Shown one piece after another: positions 55,467 through 64,000 of a stretch of DNA of 64,000 bases. Source of the DNA: an uncultured virus (IMG/VR IMGVR_UViG_3300023176_005768) (Duplodnaviria; Heunggongvirae; Uroviricota; Caudoviricetes). The position numbers and the translations under genes are program-made. Numbering within the stretch: the first letter of the stretch is position 1; each line of letters begins with the position of its first letter. The notes under the pieces are model-generated. The model did not search any database and was not told the origin of the DNA. It saw only the letters and a list, made by a program, of their open reading frames with translations. The stretch lies in IMG/VR virus record IMGVR_UViG_3300023176_005768. One strand, 5' to 3'.

Positions 55467-58400
55467 TCACCGTTCATGGCGAGTCAGAGAATCTGGTTCT
55501 CTTTACAGACGGCTCTAGGGGCGTAGTTGTAAACTCCGAAACTAATATGGTAGAAGACTCCGGAATGCTTTCGGAGATGTCGTATCTAATGCCTTGGGGG
55601 CCGTGCGATAGTGAGCCCTCCGACGTAATGCACGAGCTTGCATCTGCCGCTCTCTCCGACCTTCGTGTCGTTGCGTTGACTGCTTCTGCCAGAATGTACA
55701 CTATCCCAAAGGGTGTACAGGCTGAAGCAAAGAAGGCTCTTGAGTGGAGAAAAGAGTACAAAAGAGGCGGGACGCCGGTCGGCATCAGCACGGCAAGAAC
55801 TTTAGCCGCCGGCGGGCAAATTGGAATTAAAAAGGTTCGCCATATCGCTAAGTACTTTCCTCGTCACGAGATTGATAAGAAGGCAAAAGGCTACGACCCT
55901 GGAGAAGATGGCTACCCGTCGAATGGAAGAATTGCCTGGGCGCTATGGGGTGGAGATTCGGCGTGGCGCTGGGCCAAAAACATCGTTGAGCGTGAAAATA
56001 AGAAGGCGAAGACTGCCAGCGGCGAGACGGTCGTAGACCCGTACGAAGAGTACAGCGACCAAGAGTCAATGTCAATTAGTAGATACGCTAAGCCTGCCAT
56101 TGATGTCTTTGATCTTGCACAAAACATTAGTGACGGCGATTGCCCAGAGTTCATCGCTCGTGTTCGTCTTGACGGCAGCGGAATTGATCGTCTCTACATG
56201 CTCGGTCTCGATGAGGTTATCTACGTTTGGGACGATGGTGACTGGGACGATCTCGGTCACGTCGACAGCGATATCTACACGTACGATCGGTCTCTTGACG
56301 ATCCGTATGATGTCGTAGAAAAGCGCCACATTCTTATTGATCCGCAAACCGCGTTGATTATTTCCGCGCACCTTCAGGAGCGCCCGTTCACAAGCGTGTC
56401 TGTCTACTCACTCAATGAGGAAGAAGCCGAGCTTGCTGCTGCGGCCGCTGATCAAATTGACTGGGGCGAGATCGACTCAGTGCTCACCGCCGCCGGAGAA
56501 GAGAGTGACGCTGACGGCGAATATACTCCCGAGGAGCGATCAGCAAAGGCACGAAAGCAAGTTCGCGACAAAAGCGGCCGCTTCGCTAAGATGGGTGGGC
56601 GAGTTGTAGTTGACGGCGATGCGTCGAAGTCCGGCTCGATTAGCGGGATTGACCCAGACACTCAGAGCGTCACTCTGAAGATGGACGATGGCTCAAGTCA
56701 GACAGTTCGTGCGAACAGGGTCCAGGCGGAGGGTACACAGCCGGCGATGCAGACTGGCCCTCTCACCGATACACCTGGGATGCCGCTCGATACTCGAGGA
56801 ATTCTTGGCGAGCCACGCGCGCCGATTGACAGACCAAAGGCAGCAATTCCTGGCGGTCTACCAGCACTACGCTCTGAGGACCTACAAAAAATTGTCAATA
56901 ATTATCCAGCGTGGGTAATGGAGCAGCGCAGCGGCGGGGCCGATCTACAAGATAAGCGTGTCCGTGGGCAGAAAATTCAACCTGCTGGCGATCGCGCGCC
57001 GGAGTATCAAAAGTCCGACTACATTCGCAACATGGAAAGAGAGAGCGGAGAAGAGCTGTTCACTAAAAGAGCAGAGCATCATCCGCTTCTTCAGGACTAC
57101 TTTAAAAAGAAGCCAAAAGAAAGTAAGATTTGGTACAGTCCAATAACGTCTACCGCGTACGACATCAACGAAAACACCGTTGAACCGTCTAAGCCTGGTG
57201 AAGAGCTTACACCAGAGACAAGCGACGTCGAGCCAATGTACGTCGCTATAGTCTCACCTGATGATCCGCAAGCGGTCATGGATCTTGTAAGCGTAGTTCC
57301 AGCGTCGTCTACATCGACATCACCGACAACGTTTATTCGCGAAGACGGTGAATGGGTTAAGGACGAGCAGATTCTTGCTGACCTAACATCAGCAACACCT
57401 CCGCCTGTAGTCGCTCTTACAGGCGAGGTCTACGATGACGTTTTGGCCCAGGTCGATCAAACGATGACGGCGTCTGGGAACTACGTCTACGTGTTTGATG
57501 AAAATGAGAGACGTCTCCTTGAGATGTACGGTGTTGAGCCGTTGAACACCCTGATGGCTGCCGGCGGCCTTGATAGAAATCGCGGCAAAGCTGAGAAGCT
57601 CAGAAGATATTGGACAATTGGCCGCGGCGCTCTTAAGATTCGCTGGAACACTCCAGGCGATTGGACACGTTGCTACCGCCATCTACGTAAGTACATGGGC
57701 CCTCGCGCGAAAGGCTACTGCTCACTTCGTCACAAGGAGATGACTGGAGTCTGGCCTGGCAGTAAGTACAACGTTGGAAAGAAGAAGAAGAGCGTTCGCG
57801 GAAGCGCTGAAGATCTGTACGATGTTCTTTCTGAAGAGCAGATCATCGAGACAAGCATTCTACGAGCAAAAGTCGCTGACGCGAAGAGCAGAGTTCTTGT
57901 CGCCGGAGGCTATAAGAATTCTTACGGCGGGTGTAAGTTCAAGATCCCTCTCGTAATCCCAGAAGGTGCAGAAACCGGAGACGGAAGAGTCTTTAAGAAA
58001 GGCGCGATCACTCTCCGTGAGCTCCCGCTGCCGCTTCTGTGGCAGATCAAGACAGGCGATGGGCACAACGGATCTGTTGTTGTTGGTCGAATTGATCACA
58101 TGGAGCGAACTGATGACGGGATCGGAAACGCGTATGGCGTCTTCGACACGGGCGCGTACGGCGCCGAGGCAGAGCGTCTTGTGAAAAACGGATTCATCCG
58201 AGGAGTATCGGCGGACCTGGACATGTTCGAGGCCAGCGAAAGTGATGATGACGACGACGAAATTCTTGGCGACGACTCTGATGAAAAAGCGGAAGAGCTT
58301 CTTGAAGAGGTCAAGAAAAAGGTCAAGAAGATCGGCGGAGGGAAAATCGAGGTCGATAAGGCCCGAGTAATGGCAGTTACAATAGTACCTAAGCCAGCGT

Positions 58401-59590
58401 TCCAGGAATGCAGGATCTACATAGAAGACGAAGATAGCGAAGATCTTCAGTCTCAGGAGGAAGAAATGGAAGTCACCCCTGACGGAATCTACGTCGAGGA
58501 CCTCAACGATCTTGACGCACAGGCGCTAGTCGCCTGTGGCATGGTTGCTGGCTCGATACCTATTGTTCCGCCCGCCGAATGGTTCCAGAACCCCAAGCTC
58601 ACTAAGGCGACGCCGCTTACAGTGACAGACGAGGGTCAAGTGTACGGCCATATCGCTGCATGGCACGTTGATCACATCGGAATGGCGTACGGGACAAAGC
58701 CACCGAGAAGCAAGAGCAAGTACTCGTACTTCCATACAGGAGTTCTCCGAGCAGATGACGGCAACGACTACCCAGTCGGGCAGTTAACTCTCGCCGGCGG
58801 TCACGCGCCTCTCGAGGCTAGCGCTTCAGACGCAGCACGTCACTACGACGACACTGGCTCTGCCATCGCCGACGTGCACGCTGGGGAAGATTCATATGGC
58901 ATCTGGGTAGCTGGCTCTCTTCGCACTACAGCCACGCCTGAGCAGATCAGAGCTCTTCGCGCTTCTGCGCCGTCCGGTGACTGGCGGCCTATTGGTGGTT
59001 CGCTAGAGCTCGTCGCCGTGTGTCAGGTCAACGTCCCCGGCTTCCCAATCGCTAGAGCTCGAGTAGCGAGTGGCCAGGTATACGCTCTTGTTGCTGCCGG
59101 TGCGTCTACACTGGCGAGAATGAAGAGCGACCCTCTTCAGGACATGAAGAAGAGACTTGACGCTCTTGAAAAACTCTCGGTAGTTAGTGAAGATACTAAG
59201 TCTAAGGCCGAAGAGCTTTCTAACAGGGTGCGTAGCACGTTCGCGTACGATGAGCTCGGATACATCTCGACCAAGACGCGCGAAAAGCTTGCTAAAGAGG
59301 GTAAGGCTCTTCCGGACGGTTCGTACCCGATCAGAAATATCGAGGAGCTCAAGGACGCGATTCAAGCGTACGGACGCTCAAAGCCGAGCAAGCGAGCCGC
59401 GGTGCGCCGTCACATTATGAAGCGCGCGCGTTCTCTCAAGCGAGCTGACCTTATCCCAGAGAAGTGGAAGAACGCAGGTCTCGTAGACGACGACGTTGTT
59501 GATGGCATCAAGGCAAGAGTGCAGAGCCTTACGATTCGTGCTGCCGTTGAGAGTGGTGATGCTGACCCAAAAGCGCCGCCGATGCAGTGA
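55463..59590 (+). CDS. Multidomain capsid maturation protease-like protein
   Basis: Position before the capsid gene; PEG.ETGDGR.F...LPLPL..Q...GH..SV.VGRID...GVSAD protease-like block; extra modules GRIAWALWGGD, KIRWNTPGDWTRC, ALPDGSYPI. Confidence 0.7.
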   Translation: MITVHGESENLVLFTDGSRGVVVNSETNMVEDSGMLSEMSYLMPWGPCDSEPSDVMHELASAALSDLRVVALTASARMYTIPKGVQAEAKKALEWRKEYKRGGTPVGISTARTLAAGGQIGIKKVRHIAKYFPRHEIDKKAKGYDPGEDGYPSNGRIAWALWGGDSAWRWAKNIVERENKKAKTASGETVVDPYEEYSDQESMSISRYAKPAIDVFDLAQNISDGDCPEFIARVRLDGSGIDRLYMLGLDEVIYVWDDGDWDDLGHVDSDIYTYDRSLDDPYDVVEKRHILIDPQTALIISAHLQERPFTSVSVYSLNEEEAELAAAAADQIDWGEIDSVLTAAGEESDADGEYTPEERSAKARKQVRDKSGRFAKMGGRVVVDGDASKSGSISGIDPDTQSVTLKMDDGSSQTVRANRVQAEGTQPAMQTGPLTDTPGMPLDTRGILGEPRAPIDRPKAAIPGGLPALRSEDLQKIVNNYPAWVMEQRSGGADLQDKRVRGQKIQPAGDRAPEYQKSDYIRNMERESGEELFTKRAEHHPLLQDYFKKKPKESKIWYSPITSTAYDINENTVEPSKPGEELTPETSDVEPMYVAIVSPDDPQAVMDLVSVVPASSTSTSPTTFIREDGEWVKDEQILADLTSATPPPVVALTGEVYDDVLAQVDQTMTASGNYVYVFDENERRLLEMYGVEPLNTLMAAGGLDRNRGKAEKLRRYWTIGRGALKIRWNTPGDWTRCYRHLRKYMGPRAKGYCSLRHKEMTGVWPGSKYNVGKKKKSVRGSAEDLYDVLSEEQIIETSILRAKVADAKSRVLVAGGYKNSYGGCKFKIPLVIPEGAETGDGRVFKKGAITLRELPLPLLWQIKTGDGHNGSVVVGRIDHMERTDDGIGNAYGVFDTGAYGAEAERLVKNGFIRGVSADLDMFEASESDDDDDEILGDDSDEKAEELLEEVKKKVKKIGGGKIEVDKARVMAVTIVPKPAFQECRIYIEDEDSEDLQSQEEEMEVTPDGIYVEDLNDLDAQALVACGMVAGSIPIVPPAEWFQNPKLTKATPLTVTDEGQVYGHIAAWHVDHIGMAYGTKPPRSKSKYSYFHTGVLRADDGNDYPVGQLTLAGGHAPLEASASDAARHYDDTGSAIADVHAGEDSYGIWVAGSLRTTATPEQIRALRASAPSGDWRPIGGSLELVAVCQVNVPGFPIARARVASGQVYALVAAGASTLARMKSDPLQDMKKRLDALEKLSVVSEDTKSKAEELSNRVRSTFAYDELGYISTKTREKLAKEGKALPDGSYPIRNIEELKDAIQAYGRSKPSKRAAVRRHIMKRARSLKRADLIPEKWKNAGLVDDDVVDGIKARVQSLTIRAAVESGDADPKAPPMQ

Positions 59591-59874
59591 TTGCCGTTGG
59601 CAAAATCATTGCAGAAGAGCAAGAGCTTGCTGACGCGCTAATTGCGATAACTCAGAAGTACGGCAAGTTCAACGAAGATGATACCGGTGTCTGGGCTGGA
59701 TACGAAACTGCGGCTGAAAATGAGAATGCTGAAATTGGCGTCACCTGCCAAAACTGTATTCTCTACGCGGGAGGCACTGAGTGCAAAATCATCTCAGCGG
59801 AAGTCGAACCCATGGGATATTGCAGATTTGCCCTAATTCCCGACGGTGTAGTGAAAGGTAAGACCTCAGAATGA
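59587..59874 (+). CDS. Small protein with HiPIP-like Cys motif
   Basis: CQNCILY....C.I....VEP.GYCRF. Confidence 0.65.
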   Translation: MIAVGKIIAEEQELADALIAITQKYGKFNEDDTGVWAGYETAAENENAEIGVTCQNCILYAGGTECKIISAEVEPMGYCRFALIPDGVVKGKTSE

Positions 59875-60434
59875 CGGGTGTAAAAGCAGTTTCTGCTGCG
59901 GCAAAATATGACCGCGAAAACACTATCTATACCTCGGGAGTCGATCAACCACGAGACGCAAAGGGTAAGTTTCGTGTTGTTCTCGCTAGGATCAAAGAGA
60001 ACCTCGGTACGTCAGGTCTTCAACGCGCTGTAGAACGTGTTGAGGAGCTTGAGAACCTCGATAGTGCTGGAAACTACGCTGCTGCCGCGGCAAGCGCCGC
60101 GAAACTGCAAACGCTACTAACGAGACTTGATGAAGGCGCATTAAACGCCACATCCCTTGAAAACGTTAGGGAATCGGCTAGACTTCTAGGAGAAGTCATG
60201 GCGAATCTTCCGCTGCCGTTCGGCGAGGAAGTCGAGAAAGTTAAGTTCAGTGATCTTCCGCCAGTACTGCGAGATCTTGTCAAAGACATGATCAGCAGAG
60301 TAGAAGAGAAGATCGGCGCCGAAGATGCAGAAGAGCCAACAAAGAAACTTAAAGGATATATGTCTGGAAGTGACGTCTTTTCTCAGGGGGAAGTTTCTTC
60401 TGAAATGAGCACTCTTCTGCGCCTACTAACCTAG
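59871..60434 (+). CDS. Helical head-module protein
   Basis: N-terminal QPRDAKGKFR motif; ATGA overlap. Confidence 0.65.
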   Translation: MTGVKAVSAAAKYDRENTIYTSGVDQPRDAKGKFRVVLARIKENLGTSGLQRAVERVEELENLDSAGNYAAAAASAAKLQTLLTRLDEGALNATSLENVRESARLLGEVMANLPLPFGEEVEKVKFSDLPPVLRDLVKDMISRVEEKIGAEDAEEPTKKLKGYMSGSDVFSQGEVSSEMSTLLRLLT

Positions 60435-60556
60435 TTATATGTTACAATGTTTTCTAGGAGAGTGCCTCTGCCTTCCATGGCTTGAGTCCCTCCCTTGGAC
60501 AGAAACCCGAGGCAACATTATAGTGATGTTGCCGTGACTGGCCCGGAGGAGGGACA

Positions 60557-62590
60557 GTGGACCGTATCAAGCAAATGCTCGACACGATTGCTGAACTGAC
60601 CGATGATCAAGTAATCGAGCTTCAGGATGCAATTGTAGGCGAGTTTGAAGCGGTCGAGGGTGAAGATCCTACTCCAGAGTCAGTAGAGAAGATGACAACT
60701 CTCGCCGACATGCTTGACACCGTTCGCGATGAGTCGAAGCGTCGCACTGCACTTGCTGAAGAGCTCGCTGCACGCGCCGCCGAGGCCGCATACCGTGTCA
60801 AGGGCATGAAGGATGGAGAGGGTGACATGGATGACACCGCTGAAGCTCCAGAATCGGACATGGAGGAAACTCCAGACATGCCCGAGGAAGAGAAAGAAGA
60901 GGAGAAGTCAATGTCTGTCGCTTCAACTGACACTGAGGTAGAGGCTGAGCTTTCGACCACACAAGATGAACAAGTTGCCGAGGCTGCCGAAGAGGCTGCT
61001 TCTGACGAGGCGGTAGTTGCCGCTGGCGACCCAGAGGAAGACGCTGAGGAAGAGGCTGCGGCCCCTGACGAAGCTGCCGCTGAGGTTGAGCCAGAGGCCG
61101 AGCTTGCCGTTGAGGAAGAGGTTGCTGAAGAGGCGCCCGAGGCTGAACTCCAGACTGAAGAAGTTGCTGTTGAGGAGACCGAGACAGCTGCTGAACTCCA
61201 GACTGAAGAAGTTGCTGTTGAGGAGACCGAGACAGCTGCTGAACTCCAATCAGAAAACATTGAAATCGCTCAGGAAGAGCAGGAAGGTCAGGAGGCACCA
61301 ATGACTGCCGCCGCAGATGAGGGCATGGATGTAGAAGTCCAGGCTCCAGAAGACCGTCGTCCCGTACAGACCGAGGCTGCGGCTCCAGTGGTGATCACCG
61401 CTGGCGCTGACATCCCTGGCTACACGGCCGGCGCGACACTTAGCAACGTCAACGAGGTCGCTGAGGCGTTCGTCTCCCGTCTGCACGGTCTTCGCCGTGT
61501 TAAGGGTGGCGACGGCGAGCAGCACATCGTTGCTTCATTCACAACCAAGTACCCGGAGTCCCGCGTGCTCGGTCAGGACGTTGACAGCAACATCACGAAG
61601 ATCAAGGAAGTGTCCGGCCCAGAGGCTCTCGTCGCTTCTGGTGGTCACAGCACCCCGTTCGAGGTCAAGTACGACATCTTCGGATTCGGTGTTGGCGATC
61701 GTCCGGTCCGTGACTCGCTGCCTCGTTTCCAGGCCGATCGTGGCGGCATTCGCTACATCGTCCCGCCGGTGCTCGCTGATCACGCGAACGCTGTCGGTGT
61801 CTGGACAAACGCTGATGACATCGCGGCTTCCTCCACTAAGGACAGCCTCACCGTCACTGCGGCTACAGAGACCACCGTCGCTACCGACGCTGTGACCCTG
61901 CAGCTCCAGTTCGGCAATCTCATGACACGTGCGTACCCAGAGCTCGTCGCTCGTCACAACGAGCTCGCTCTGATTCAGCACGCCCGTGAGGCTGAGCAGT
62001 ACCTGCTCGGTAAGCTCACCAGCGGTTCAACAGCGGTCACGTCCACCAGCCTCATCGGCGTGGCTCGTGACTTCCTAGTTCAGGTCGGTCGCGCCGCGGC
62101 TCTATACCGCAGCCGTCACCGTCTCGACTCAAGCGCGCAGCTCCGCGTCGTTGCTCCTCACTGGATCAAGGACGCTATGGTTGCCGACCTCACACTTGCG
62201 ATGCCTGGTGACGACACCATGGCGGCTGCCGGTGAGATCGACGGCTACCTCGCGGCTCGCAACGTCAACGTCACGTACTCACATGACCTCAACGTTGCTG
62301 GCGCCCAGAGCGCAGGCGCGCTGAACGAGTTCGGCGACACCTTCACCTGGTACTTGTTCGCCGAGGGAACGTTCCTGTTCCTCGACGGCGGCACGCTGGA
62401 CCTCGGAATCATCCGTGACTCTACACTGGTTGGCACCAACGACTACAAGATGTTCGTTGAGACCTTCGAGGGTGTTGCTAAGGTTGGTATTGAGTCGCTC
62501 GTCGTGACATCCACCATCTCGGTCAACGGTGTGGCTGCGGCCCTCCGTGACACGACTGGCGGCGCCGCGGCTGCTGCGATCGAGTACTGA
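60557..62590 (+). CDS. Major capsid protein with N-terminal acidic scaffold-like region
   Basis: GGAGG RBS, strong codon bias, position after the protease, RPVRDSLPRFQADRGGIRY and F.FLDGGTLDLGIIRDSTL..TNDY..FVETFEG. Confidence 0.85.
   Translation: MDRIKQMLDTIAELTDDQVIELQDAIVGEFEAVEGEDPTPESVEKMTTLADMLDTVRDESKRRTALAEELAARAAEAAYRVKGMKDGEGDMDDTAEAPESDMEETPDMPEEEKEEEKSMSVASTDTEVEAELSTTQDEQVAEAAEEAASDEAVVAAGDPEEDAEEEAAAPDEAAAEVEPEAELAVEEEVAEEAPEAELQTEEVAVEETETAAELQTEEVAVEETETAAELQSENIEIAQEEQEGQEAPMTAAADEGMDVEVQAPEDRRPVQTEAAAPVVITAGADIPGYTAGATLSNVNEVAEAFVSRLHGLRRVKGGDGEQHIVASFTTKYPESRVLGQDVDSNITKIKEVSGPEALVASGGHSTPFEVKYDIFGFGVGDRPVRDSLPRFQADRGGIRYIVPPVLADHANAVGVWTNADDIAASSTKDSLTVTAATETTVATDAVTLQLQFGNLMTRAYPELVARHNELALIQHAREAEQYLLGKLTSGSTAVTSTSLIGVARDFLVQVGRAAALYRSRHRLDSSAQLRVVAPHWIKDAMVADLTLAMPGDDTMAAAGEIDGYLAARNVNVTYSHDLNVAGAQSAGALNEFGDTFTWYLFAEGTFLFLDGGTLDLGIIRDSTLVGTNDYKMFVETFEGVAKVGIESLVVTSTISVNGVAAALRDTTGGAAAAAIEY
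61142..61248 (+). repeat. Perfect 48-bp in-frame tandem repeat (AELQTEEVAVEETETA x2.2)
   Basis: Units 61142-61189 and 61190-61237, plus a partial unit. Confidence 0.9.
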
Positions 62591-62658
62591 TCCCAGTAAT
62601 AGTCACAAGAAATAAGTAGTACATCCACGGGCGGCGTTGAGGACCAAAGGAGAATAAA

Positions 62659-63753
62659 ATGGCATTTCGCGGTGTATACCCTGCATCGGAGTTAAAGCCA
62701 TCTGTCTTTGGTATTCTCAGCGTCGCCCGTGTGATGTCTCACACCGCAAGGGCGTACGACGAGCGCTGGATTCGTGGATTCTCTTTCGAATACGATTCTG
62801 AGCCGACCGTTCGCCTTCTCGAGGACACCGGCACGTCAGCGCACGAGATTTTCAACGGCACTGGGCTGGCGCAGTATGTTGAAGTCAAGCCATTCTTCAT
62901 CGAAGTAGAAGACTCAAGATCTACATTTGGTCTTACTGGTGAAGATCGAATGGCGTTAGTTGTCAAGCAGCTCGAGGCAGCTACACAGAAAGCTGTTGAG
63001 CGAGAGCTATGGAATGGCTACGTAGTAAGAAGTGATTCGACTACTAGTCAATATCTGACAGAAGCCGGCGAGTACACTCTTGCTGCTGGGTCATCGGCTT
63101 CGACACCAGTCTCAGCCTGGCGCGCGATTGCTATTCTTGAGGGCGCCATGGCAGGATCGCCTGCTGGGGAGCAGGGAGTGATTCACGTATCTAGAGATGT
63201 TGCAATTCAGGCAGTGTCCGACGGGCCGCTTATTAGAGTTAAGAACTCCGACGGTCGAGAGCACTTGGAGACAGTTAACGGAACTCCAGTGATTGTTGGC
63301 TCTGGCTACACTGGTGACGGTCCATTTGTGGCAGTCACTAACAAAGCTCTTACTAGCAACGTTGCCACATTGACAACATCTGCTACCCACAATTTGACTA
63401 CCGGCGACACTGTAAGTGTTTCTGGTGTTGATTCAACATTCAATGGGACGTTCACCGTGACCGGTACCCCCACGTCTACCACGTTCACTTACGCTAAGAC
63501 AGCGGCGAACGTAACCTCTACGTCTGCATCAGGGCTTGCACAAATGGTCGGATCAACAACTACGAAGTGGATTTTCGCCACTGGCTGTGTAGACGTTCAT
63601 CTTGGTAAGCCAGAAGTTGTCAATGAGACATTAGCTCAGGGATATAACGTGTCTGGAAACCAAAATGACATGCTAATCAAGGCCCTGCGCCCAGCAGCGG
63701 TCTACTTCGATCCAGCGATACACTACACAGTCAAGGTCGATTTGACCGTCTAA
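62659..63753 (+). CDS. Virion structural protein (minor capsid/decoration-like) with Thr-rich beta insert
   Basis: Follows the capsid gene; insert NVATLTT...H.L..GD.V.VSGV...FNGTFTVT....TTFTY. Confidence 0.7.
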   Translation: MAFRGVYPASELKPSVFGILSVARVMSHTARAYDERWIRGFSFEYDSEPTVRLLEDTGTSAHEIFNGTGLAQYVEVKPFFIEVEDSRSTFGLTGEDRMALVVKQLEAATQKAVERELWNGYVVRSDSTTSQYLTEAGEYTLAAGSSASTPVSAWRAIAILEGAMAGSPAGEQGVIHVSRDVAIQAVSDGPLIRVKNSDGREHLETVNGTPVIVGSGYTGDGPFVAVTNKALTSNVATLTTSATHNLTTGDTVSVSGVDSTFNGTFTVTGTPTSTTFTYAKTAANVTSTSASGLAQMVGSTTTKWIFATGCVDVHLGKPEVVNETLAQGYNVSGNQNDMLIKALRPAAVYFDPAIHYTVKVDLTV

Positions 63754-63796
63754 AATAGGAACTAGAACACCGCCTCACTGAAGGAGATAAACAGAA

Positions 63797-64000
63797 ATGG
63801 CGACCCAAGACTACGCCGCGAGCATCCAGGGTGTGTCAATTCGCGTGACGCGTCTTGATGCCGCCGGTAACCTTCTAAACAACGATGGTGATAGCTACAC
63901 CACGTCAGCGTTTATGCGCTTGTCGTTTACGCCTGAGTACGAGGCTGGCGATGAGATCACTGAAAAGTCCGCTGACGGCACCATCTGCGTTTCATATCAG
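63797..64000 (+). CDS. Major tail protein, 5' part (truncated by the window)
   Basis: AAGGAG RBS; MATQDYAASIQGVSIRVTRLDAAG...FTPEYEAGDEITEKSADGTICVSY. Confidence 0.7.
   Translation, partial: MATQDYAASIQGVSIRVTRLDAAGNLLNNDGDSYTTSAFMRLSFTPEYEAGDEITEKSADGTICVSYQ

Noticed and set aside
1..64000. Stop-codon reassignment or suppressor tRNA
   Set aside because: Long genes are open in the standard code, all three stops are used, and the loops read UAU and UCU at positions 34-36 rather than UUA or CUA

Overview
A 64 kb segment of a large tailed dsDNA phage, probably infecting Actinobacteria (WhiB, proteasome/HslV-type Ntn protease, r1t-type holin, many apparently leaderless genes). Layout: (i) 1-5.5 kb, a truncated secreted-protein gene on the minus strand, a tRNA cluster (Ile-UAU, Arg-UCU, Thr-UGU) with an unexplained structured spacer, a holin and a CHAP-like protein; (ii) about 5.5-32 kb, an early/accessory array of dozens of short + strand genes, most preceded by their own copy of a conserved element CTAAAG-N4-TATAAT (about 40 copies), including a MoxR-type AAA/VWA pair, an ECF-like sigma factor, WhiB, a tRNA-Trp and a roughly 230-nt structured ncRNA candidate; (iii) large terminase, then an unusual non-coding region at about 34.4-35.2 kb; (iv) the head/tail module: portal, a 5188-aa polyvalent protein (WYL, ART-like domains, kinase-like, DEDDh exonuclease, UvrD helicase, Nudix), maturation protease, major capsid and the start of the major tail protein. 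The least explained signal is a one-strand bipartite repeat, GGCCY[GC]...GCAGACGG. It has 14 copies between 3.3 and 16.7 kb, in intergenic DNA and in all three codon phases of genes. All calls come from reading motifs by eye; no database searches were run.
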